Origin: a virus
DNA length: 64,000 nt
Direction: 5' to 3' (one strand)
IMG/VR virus record: IMGVR_UViG_3300032214_000528
Location: 32,001-96,000 of that record
Shown here: positions 44,993-51,514 of the stretch, in pieces
How the letters are laid out: every line of letters begins with the position of its first letter
Numbering within the stretch: position 1 is the first letter of the stretch
Made by a program: the position numbers and the translations under genes
Notes under the pieces: generated by a model
The model's input: only the letters and a program-made list of their open reading frames with translations
The model's database searches: none
What the model was told of the DNA's origin: nothing

Positions 44993-45045
44993 TTGCAAAG
45001 TGCAGGAAGGTCGTGTAGTATTTACTTATTGGCTAAGGGAGCCAA
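44993..45045 (+). promoter_or_regulatory. Promoter plus 5' AGGGA hairpin
   Basis: TTGCAA-AGTGCAGGAAGGTCGTG-TAGTAT; TTGGC-TAAGGGA-GCCAA. Confidence 0.8.
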
Positions 45046-45061
45046 AGAAAGCAGGGAGAAA

Positions 45062-45217
45062 ATGAAAACACAAGCAAAGTTTATTCGTCGCAGAATTGCC
45101 GTTGGAGTTATTGCGCTCGCCCTTATCGCTTGGGCGTTTGACGCTACAACACCTGAAATGTGCAAAGTTCCAACAGAGCAGATGAACCAATTCTGCCTAG
45201 ACCTGTTGTATCCATAA
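45062..45217 (+). CDS. Small membrane protein
   Basis: MKTQAKFIRRRIAVG.. TM. Confidence 0.65.
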   Translation: MKTQAKFIRRRIAVGVIALALIAWAFDATTPEMCKVPTEQMNQFCLDLLYP

Positions 45218-45229
45218 GGGGGAGAGCAA

Positions 45230-45466
45230 ATGCCTAGACTTAGAAAACCTCAACCGATTTTGTTAAATGATGATGAACTCTATGCGCTTATGCTAGCCAC
45301 ATTTAAACACCCTAAAGTTCCTAAATGGAAGCCAACAGGTTATGAACTAGGGCTACTAAAAGACGCTTACGAAAAAATTGCTACAGAGTATTACGCTCGA
45401 GCCGAAGAACAACAACGCATTGACGAGGAACTACGACTAATAAGAGCAGAATACGAGGGGGTTTAA
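45230..45466 (+). CDS. Hypothetical protein
   Basis: 78 aa with RBS. Confidence 0.6.
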   Translation: MPRLRKPQPILLNDDELYALMLATFKHPKVPKWKPTGYELGLLKDAYEKIATEYYARAEEQQRIDEELRLIRAEYEGV

Positions 45467-45468
45467 GT

Positions 45469-45675
45469 ATGAGCGAAGAAGGTTCAGAGTCATACAACAA
45501 AGCAAAACAAAGATGGGGTAAGGGAGAAGAACTTACAGACCAAGAGTTCGCCTGTCTTTTAATGAGGTCTTGCGGAGTCTCTAATTTAGTTGGGGCTTTA
45601 GGTTATGGACACGCTAACGAGTGCGGTTTTTGTGATGGGTCTAAACAAGTAGACCCTAGAAGTTATAGGGGGTAA
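45469..45675 (+). CDS. Hypothetical protein
   Basis: 68 aa, CGFC. Confidence 0.55.
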   Translation: MSEEGSESYNKAKQRWGKGEELTDQEFACLLMRSCGVSNLVGALGYGHANECGFCDGSKQVDPRSYRG

Positions 45676-45679
45676 AAAG

Positions 45680-45871
45680 ATGATGTTTGATCTTGGCTTT
45701 GGGCTACCGACTTATTTAGCTCATCTAACTATTGGGGTTGGTCGCTACACCCTTTGGCTCAACATTGTGGCTACTAACTGGAGAACCTTTCACTTTGGCA
45801 AAAGGTGGGGCGACTGGGTTGGTTGTTTCTCTGTCTTTACTTTTGCTTACACTATAAAAGAGAGGGGGTAA
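45680..45871 (+). CDS. Hypothetical aromatic-rich protein
   Basis: 63 aa between two AGGGGGTAAAAA motifs. Confidence 0.5.
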   Translation: MMFDLGFGLPTYLAHLTIGVGRYTLWLNIVATNWRTFHFGKRWGDWVGCFSVFTFAYTIKERG

Positions 45872-45873
45872 AA

Positions 45874-46050
45874 ATGTATTTAGATACGGGAACCTTGTTT
45901 GCAATAGTGATTGCGCTCGCTGGCTCATGCTTTGTTATGGTAGTTGGTATCAGAGCGCAGGGTCAGTTGCACCGAGTCATTAACCAAAAGAACGAGAAGA
46001 TCAGATTTCTCCAAGCCGAACTACTAAAAGAAAAGAGAGTAACTCAATAG
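45874..46050 (+). CDS. Small membrane/coiled-coil protein
   Basis: MYLDTGTLFAIVIALAG.. Confidence 0.65.
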   Translation: MYLDTGTLFAIVIALAGSCFVMVVGIRAQGQLHRVINQKNEKIRFLQAELLKEKRVTQ

Positions 46051-46244
46051 TGAAGATTGAAAAGATTACAGATGAGGCAGTTCGCCTTTACGAAGGTGGG
46101 CTATCTCTAGAGGCAGTAGCCAAAGAACTAGGCGTTGCCTACCGAACCGCAAGAAAGGCTGTCTACGGGGCTGGAGTGGTCGTTAGAGACCCCTCTAATC
46201 GTTTAGTGGGCAGAACTAGACCTGATAAGAGAGTGAGCGCATGA
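46050..46244 (+). CDS. Helix-turn-helix protein
   Basis: LYEGGLSLEAVAKELGVAYRTAR. Confidence 0.8.
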   Translation: MKIEKITDEAVRLYEGGLSLEAVAKELGVAYRTARKAVYGAGVVVRDPSNRLVGRTRPDKRVSA

Positions 46245-46396
46245 ATACCAACAACATAGTTTGGACAGCAGTCGTATCCCTAGCCCTTGGCTTGGCTTGC
46301 CTTGTGGCAGGTTATCAAGGTAATGACTCAATGGCGCTCGCCTTTGGGTTAACCTCAGTAGCCTCAGCAACTCTATCTGCTAGAGAGAAGCGATAA
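46241..46396 (+). CDS. Small two-TM protein (51 aa, not in ORF track)
   Basis: MNTNNIVWTAVVSLALGLACLVAG.. Confidence 0.6.
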   Translation: MNTNNIVWTAVVSLALGLACLVAGYQGNDSMALAFGLTSVASATLSAREKR

Positions 46397-46415
46397 AGCT
46401 TTAAGGCTTTCTAAG

Positions 46416-46454
46416 TGCGGGAAGGTAGGAAAAACCTGCCTTCCTGCATTTTTT
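46416..46454 (+). terminator. Intrinsic terminator
   Basis: TGCGGGAAGGTAGG-AAAAA-CCTGCCTTCCTGCA-TTTTTT. Confidence 0.8.
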
Positions 46455-46711
46455 ATGGAGCATTTAGGTTTTATTATAGATTTAAGGCTGTCAGCAGGGG
46501 ATTTACGCTTAGAGTGTGAAATAAACCTCAATCTGATAGGCTAAAAAAGTGTCGGATTAACCTGACATTGCGGTATAGTTTATCCAAGCAAGACAAGTGA
46601 CATAAGGAGATCTACGGATTAGACACTTGAAGTAAGGCTGTCCCCAAGAGCGGGGTGGCAAGGCTGTTAACACTTATAGCCTGTCCCTGTCCCCTAACAA
46701 AGGAAAACCAA

Positions 46712-47284
46712 ATGAAGCAATCTCTAAAGCAACGCCATTTGCAGGAGTTGATAGCACTAATGTCTTTGACAGTAGTTCTAGCCTCTACCGCAGTAGCAGT
46801 AGCGCAGAGTCCAGAGCAAATGGAACCAGTTCAACAAGTTGTAGTAGTTCCAGAAGTAGTAGAAGTAAAACCGAAGCTTTCAGACTTTGAGAACAAAACC
46901 TCTCTCACCGATACAGAATTGAGAGATCTTCTCATTGCAGTTGGCTTTGAAGGCAAAGCCCTTCGCATTGCGTGGGCTATTGCAAAGAAGGAGTCCAATG
47001 GTCGCCCGCTTGCTTTCAATGGCAACGCAAAAACAGGCGATAGTTCCTACGGTGTCTATCAAATCAACATGATTGGTGACTTAGGCCCGGATCGAAGAAT
47101 TAAGTTTTCACTTGATTCAAACTCAGACCTTTTCAATCCAGTAATCAACGCTCAAATTGCTCACCACATGAGCAAGGGTGGAGAAGATTTTTCCGCATGG
47201 AAGATCTCCAAGAGCGACTATAATAGTGCTACGGCGGAACCTAAGTTTCAAATGTGGCTTAAGAAGTTCCCCGAAGGAAAGTAG
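46712..47284 (+). CDS. Secreted lytic transglycosylase (SLT/lysozyme-like)
   Basis: Signal peptide; AIAKKES catalytic Glu, SYGVYQIN, LFNPVINA, FSAW. Confidence 0.85.
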   Translation: MKQSLKQRHLQELIALMSLTVVLASTAVAVAQSPEQMEPVQQVVVVPEVVEVKPKLSDFENKTSLTDTELRDLLIAVGFEGKALRIAWAIAKKESNGRPLAFNGNAKTGDSSYGVYQINMIGDLGPDRRIKFSLDSNSDLFNPVINAQIAHHMSKGGEDFSAWKISKSDYNSATAEPKFQMWLKKFPEGK

Positions 47285-47289
47285 GAAAC

Positions 47290-47712
47290 ATGAGCGAAGA
47301 ACTCAGACCCCTAGTAGGTTCAATAGTTCCGCCTGTGGTGACACCTGCGGAAGAGCCAAAGCCAACCCCTGCGCTCGCAGTTGAGCCAAAGGTTGAAGAG
47401 GTCAAAGAAGTAAAGAAGGAAATCAAGTCAGCCCCAAAGGTTAAGAGAGATGCCAACACAATTATTTCTCTTTCTGCTTTGAAGGTTGGTGCTATGGCTG
47501 GTAACTCTTCTTCTGTTCAGACTGTTCAGTTGCGTCTTAAAGACCTAGGTTTTGACGCAGTTGTTCGAGATAAGTTTGGCAGACTAGGAGAAGGAAGTGT
47601 TGAAGCGATCAACGCTTACCGAAAGTCAGTAGGCTTAGAAGAGTGCGGTTGCTTTAATGAAGAAGTTCTCGCTTATCTCTTTGACGGTCTAGATGTAGGA
47701 GTTGGAGCGTAG
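47290..47712 (+). CDS. Peptidoglycan-binding-like domain protein
   Basis: VQTVQLRLKDLGF...G.LGEGSVEAINAYRK. Confidence 0.6.
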   Translation: MSEELRPLVGSIVPPVVTPAEEPKPTPALAVEPKVEEVKEVKKEIKSAPKVKRDANTIISLSALKVGAMAGNSSSVQTVQLRLKDLGFDAVVRDKFGRLGEGSVEAINAYRKSVGLEECGCFNEEVLAYLFDGLDVGVGA

Positions 47713-47820
47713 TAGCTACCTTTCCAATTTCTATCAGCGCCCAGTTGCTCAAGTAAAATTGAGAGGCTGGGCGTTGGTATTTCTAGCGCCTAAGTGCGGG
47801 ACATTGAAAGGACAGCACTC

Positions 47821-48102
47821 ATGGCAGTAATCAAGAAAGAAAAGAACAAGCAGTTCGAGAAAACTAAGATGATTGTTTCAAGAGTCATTGCGGTTTTCGC
47901 TGCGTCAGGATTATCAGTAGTCGGTGCTGGCTCTATTGTCGGTATTGAACTAACTCAAGCAGTAACCCTTGCGGGTGCTCTTGGTGTTGCTACTGTCTTG
48001 GAAGCGTTGGCTCGTGCCTACCTTGCAGACGGAAAATTAACTACTGCCGAAATCGATCAAGCCTTTGCTTTGGTTGATAAGGGTAGAAGTTCTTCTTCTT
48101 AA
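47821..48102 (+). CDS. Holin-like membrane protein
   Basis: Two hydrophobic segments, DGKLTTAEIDQAF. Confidence 0.55.
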   Translation: MAVIKKEKNKQFEKTKMIVSRVIAVFAASGLSVVGAGSIVGIELTQAVTLAGALGVATVLEALARAYLADGKLTTAEIDQAFALVDKGRSSSS

Positions 48103-48117
48103 TTCTGAAAAGCAAAG

Positions 48118-48153
48118 AACCCCCCAACCTTTGCGGTTGAGGGGTTTTTTGTT
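48118..48153. terminator. Terminator between convergent genes
   Basis: CCCCCAACC-TTTGC-GGTTGAGGGG-TTTTTT. Confidence 0.75.
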
Positions 48154-48161
48154 TGACGGAT

Positions 48162-48302
48162 TTACTTAGAGTTCTTTAGTTCTGTTAGCCACATTTCTAG
48201 AAGTTCAGCCCTTGCGGTGTTGCCTTCCGATAGTGCCTCTAGAAGTTGTTTTGTTATTTGTTCAATTGTTCTGTCGTTGATCAGTTGTGAAGTTGAAGCC
48301 AT
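48162..48302 (-). CDS. Small hypothetical protein
   Basis: MASTSQLIND.. after AGGGA RBS. Confidence 0.6.
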   Translation of the reverse strand: MASTSQLINDRTIEQITKQLLEALSEGNTARAELLEMWLTELKNSK

Positions 48303-48395
48303 TTCCCTACTTCCTTTCTTGTTCGATTGGGTCTTGAAGTAATGCAATTGCAGTTCCTAGAACCCCTGCGATTATTGCTACGGTTGCTATTAACA

Positions 48396-48518
48396 TTATG
48401 CCCCCAAAATAAAACATAGAGCGATTGCAACTGCTACACCAACAAAAGCGCCAATAGGTGCGCCAACATCAGCGTTTTCATCAAGCCAGTCAATTACTGC
48501 GGTGAATGGATTTGTCAT
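48396..48518 (-). CDS. Small membrane protein (40 aa)
   Basis: MTNPFTAVIDWLDE..; own promoter and hairpin leader. Confidence 0.7.
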   Translation of the reverse strand: MTNPFTAVIDWLDENADVGAPIGAFVGVAVAIALCFILGA

Positions 48519-48533
48519 TTTGTTTCTCCCTTT

Positions 48534-48587
48534 TGGTTCTCCCTGAACCATTGATAAAACTATAAACCTTCTTCCTGACATTTGCAA
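48534..48587 (-). promoter_or_regulatory. Promoter plus 5' AGGGA hairpin
   Basis: TTGCAA-ATGTCAGGAAGAAGGTT-TATAGT; TGGTTC-AGGGA-GAACCA. Confidence 0.8.
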
Positions 48588-48646
48588 GAGACACGCCCAA
48601 CAAAAAACCCCCCGATTTCTCGAGGGGTTCTTCGGGGAGTTGGTCA

Positions 48647-48913
48647 TTAAACCTCTGTAGCCCTGCCGTCCTCAACTTGCTTGAGGAAGTCTTGAACTAT
48701 CTCTAGTGCGTCCTTTCGTCCTTGAAGTCCTCTGAACTTTGGAAGTCCGATTTGATCTCCGATAAGTCTTGCAAAAGTGCGGAGAGCAGGTTCTGAAGTC
48801 ATTTGCATTTTACTTCCGCCGTATGTCTTGATTTCAAGTTCTAGTGACATTTTGATTAGTTCAAGTTGGATAGGGCTAACTGCTAACTCTACGGTCATTG
48901 GTGATGTTGTCAT
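48647..48913 (-). CDS. Hypothetical protein
   Basis: Own promoter, leader and terminator (48601-48630). Confidence 0.75.
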   Translation of the reverse strand: MTTSPMTVELAVSPIQLELIKMSLELEIKTYGGSKMQMTSEPALRTFARLIGDQIGLPKFRGLQGRKDALEIVQDFLKQVEDGRATEV

Positions 48914-48935
48914 TTTGTTTCTCCCTTTTGTTTTT

Positions 48936-48990
48936 CGGTTCTCCCTGAACCGTTAGGAAAAGAATACATGACCTTCCTGACATTTGTCAA
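48936..48990 (-). promoter_or_regulatory. Promoter plus 5' AGGGA hairpin
   Basis: TTGACA-AATGTCAGGAAGGTCATG-TATTCT; CGGTTC-AGGGA-GAACCG. Confidence 0.85.
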
Positions 48991-49023
48991 GATAAGATCA
49001 AAAAGCTTTTACGGCGTGTCGGG

Positions 49024-49063
49024 AAAAGAAAAACCCCCCCGAGGGAAGTCAGGGGGGTTAGTT
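49024..49063 (-). terminator. Intrinsic terminator with CTTCCCT loop
   Basis: CCCCCCTG-ACTTCCCT-CGGGGGGG-TTTTTCTTTT on the minus strand. Confidence 0.8.
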
Positions 49064-49071
49064 CTTTGCGG

Positions 49072-49344
49072 TTACTTGGTAAGGAGAAGTTCCAAGATTT
49101 CGCCGTCAGTAAGTTCTTTGTAACTACCGTTGAAAGGACTTGTGTAAGAACCTTTATTCTCATCTGTTACGGCAACCTTTACAACTTCTGCATTCATTCC
49201 CTTTGCATTCTTTGCGGTTTCAGTAATCAGGCTACTTGCACCTTGTGCGGTATCAACATGGAAGTTGTAGTTTGTTTCCTTTGTGATTGTTCCTGTTGAT
49301 GTTGTCTCTGAATACTTTACTGTGATTGATACTCCGTATGACAT
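49072..49344 (-). CDS. Hypothetical protein
   Basis: Start MSYGVS after AAAGGGAG. Confidence 0.75.
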   Translation of the reverse strand: MSYGVSITVKYSETTSTGTITKETNYNFHVDTAQGASSLITETAKNAKGMNAEVVKVAVTDENKGSYTSPFNGSYKELTDGEILELLLTK

Positions 49345-49364
49345 TTGTTTCTCCCTTTGTTTGT

Positions 49365-49420
49365 ATTGGAACTCCCTGCTCCAATAAGATAAAGATACAT
49401 GACCTTCCTGCACTTTGCAA
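49365..49420 (-). promoter_or_regulatory. Promoter plus 5' AGGGA hairpin
   Basis: TTGCAA-AGTGCAGGAAGGTCATG-TATCTT; ATTGGAGC-AGGGA-GTTCCAAT. Confidence 0.85.
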
Positions 49421-49434
49421 GTTATAATAGGCAG

Positions 49435-49860
49435 ATGACTAGTCATACTTTCTGACCTAGATTTCTGACCACTATCAAGACATGAGCCTAAGTTACTAGG
49501 TAGTAACTAGGTAGGCAAGTAGATGACTAGTCTTGTATCGAGTGACTTATCTAGACTGTCTATGACTGGTCATTTAAGTTCATAGACTTTAGACATTGAG
49601 AAGATGTAAGAAGAGTATCCAAGATGATAGATGATAGATGTAAATCATAACTAACATAAAGCTTTTTTGTCTACAAAGGATAAATGTATGTATGCCTTTT
49701 TTGATCATTTTTGAAAGAAAATAAAAACAAAAGGGCACATAGGCACTTCTAAATCTGTAAAAAATTTAAAATACAGATAAAAATAAAAAGTTTTTTGAAG
49801 TTGCAAAACTAAAAGAAAAAAGGCCCGGAACGATTTTGAAAATGTCAAAAACTATACGTA
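49435..49860. repeat. Non-coding segment with palindromes and A-tracts
   Basis: ATGACTAGTCAT (49435), GACTAGTC (49525), ATGACTGGTCAT (49562), AGTTACTA-GG-TAGTAACT (49491); runs of A4-6. Confidence 0.65.
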
Positions 49861-49975
49861 CCCTTCTCACAGGCCAAAAGCAATTTATGTAAAGGTTCAT
49901 CTTTTCTTCTTTGCCGTACAAGATTTCATCTCCTTTTCTTTGTACGACCTCTTGAACTTCAAGTACAATAAGCAT

Positions 49976-50476
49976 ATGATTAACCAGCCTCGACTCCCTT
50001 TAGATGAAGTCACCTACATTGCCTCTCTCCCTCGTGCTGAGTTGGAATCACGCCTACGGGCGCTGTGGAATGCTGGCTGGTCCCTCGCAATTATTGGAGA
50101 TTCTCTAAATCCGCCTCGTCCAAAAACAACTATCCACTTCTGGGTCCGTAGAGCTGAAGATGTAAAGCAGTTTAGGAACATCCCTGTTCCCCCTCCAAAG
50201 TCTCTTACTACTTCCGTGCCTACCAAGAATGCTCCTCGTCTGAGATCCATTTCTCCGGGCGTCCCTACCGATATAAGGCTTAGACTTAGAGAGCTGTCTA
50301 TTCTCTCAAAGCGCTATCGTGCTAAGACATCCCCCGAGAGTCCTTTAGCCAGAGCAAATGTTGAGCTAACACAGATTGCCAAAGAATTAAGAAGCAGAGG
50401 CGTTCCTACCGCTGCCATAGCTGAAGCCGCAGGAGTCACCTACCGAGCTATGGCAAGACGACTCTCAAATGGCTAG
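49976..50476 (+). CDS. Double helix-turn-helix DNA-binding protein
   Basis: WNAGWSLAIIG..PKTTIHFWV and RGVPTAAIAEAAGVTYRAMARRL; leaderless TACAAT. Confidence 0.75.
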   Translation: MINQPRLPLDEVTYIASLPRAELESRLRALWNAGWSLAIIGDSLNPPRPKTTIHFWVRRAEDVKQFRNIPVPPPKSLTTSVPTKNAPRLRSISPGVPTDIRLRLRELSILSKRYRAKTSPESPLARANVELTQIAKELRSRGVPTAAIAEAAGVTYRAMARRLSNG

Positions 50477-50810
50477 AACTTATAAAACAGCTTCTGGCGT
50501 CTACAGCGAAGAAGATCTAGCCGTAGTTATCTGGGTTAACCCTAAAATCACTAAGCGCCCACAATCTCGACGCCTTGAGACTATGACTTCTCCTAACTCT
50601 AGATATCCAATGGCATTCCCCATTGCTCACTTAACTTCTCACCATGCTTGGAAGACTTTTAAAGTTACAAAAAATTCCGAAGACATTGACTCTCTAATAG
50701 GCAGAACATCAAGACAATCCCCTATACTGGTTCCATTGCCTCTAGCTAAGTCTTATTTGGGCTGGGACGAGTTTTATATACCCACCGAATACACCAATTT
50801 AGGAGATTAA
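50469..50810 (+). CDS. Hypothetical protein
   Basis: 113 aa, overlaps upstream stop. Confidence 0.65.
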   Translation: MARTYKTASGVYSEEDLAVVIWVNPKITKRPQSRRLETMTSPNSRYPMAFPIAHLTSHHAWKTFKVTKNSEDIDSLIGRTSRQSPILVPLPLAKSYLGWDEFYIPTEYTNLGD

Positions 50811-50812
50811 CA

Positions 50813-51181
50813 GTGCGTTCTCTTGCAGATGTCTTTCCAGCGGTCGCTTGGATTGCCCCACCTAACTCTGTAGCTCTCTCCGAGCTTGCTACAAGTGGTC
50901 CAAGCCCTGCAGGAACCCGCAAAGTAGATAGAGTTCGAGTTGTGTTGCTGGGAAACAACATTCTTATCGCTCAAGACTCTCCAGAAGGCCCTAAGTTGGT
51001 TTTTAAGGAGGGTTTCATCTCTCGCCTAGTAAATGGCAAGACCACGACGGTTAAAACCGATACAGGCAAGACCATCGCCTTTACCAAGGATGAGAATTGC
51101 GGATGTGGATCACGCCTACGCACTTGGAACCCATATGGACAGAACAATTCAGTCTTCTCCACATCGGATCCAACCGAATGA
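50813..51181 (+). CDS. Hypothetical protein
   Basis: DVFPA...NCGCGSRLR. Confidence 0.7.
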   Translation: MRSLADVFPAVAWIAPPNSVALSELATSGPSPAGTRKVDRVRVVLLGNNILIAQDSPEGPKLVFKEGFISRLVNGKTTTVKTDTGKTIAFTKDENCGCGSRLRTWNPYGQNNSVFSTSDPTE

Positions 51182-51474
51182 GCGACTTCTCAACTCTTCA
51201 GATCGCTCTTTTAGGTCTTGCTACCTATCGCACAACTCGCTTCTTTACTAGAGACACTCTCTTCAACCCTATCCGTAATTGGATTTGGAAGAAGCGTCCG
51301 CCAGAGAAGTCTTTTATCGGATATCTATTCACCTGCGAATGGTGTACCTCAGTTTGGATAGCATCAGGTTATGTATTATCCGCTATCATTATTCCTGAAG
51401 TAACCTACATAGTCATAACCATTTCAGCGTTATCGGCTATTGCAGGATTGTTGACCGCATATGAGGATAAGTGA
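51178..51474 (+). CDS. DUF1360-like membrane protein
   Basis: LATYRTTRF..D.LF..IR...GYLFTCEWCTSVW. Confidence 0.8.
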   Translation: MSDFSTLQIALLGLATYRTTRFFTRDTLFNPIRNWIWKKRPPEKSFIGYLFTCEWCTSVWIASGYVLSAIIIPEVTYIVITISALSAIAGLLTAYEDK

Positions 51475-51514
51475 CAGCCCTCATGTTCCGCAGCAGAATT
51501 GACGAGGAGTAAAC

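Noticed and set aside
46560-46711. c-di-AMP (ydaO) riboswitch before the SLT gene
   Set aside because: Only two short hairpins; the conserved ydaO sequence blocks are not recognisable
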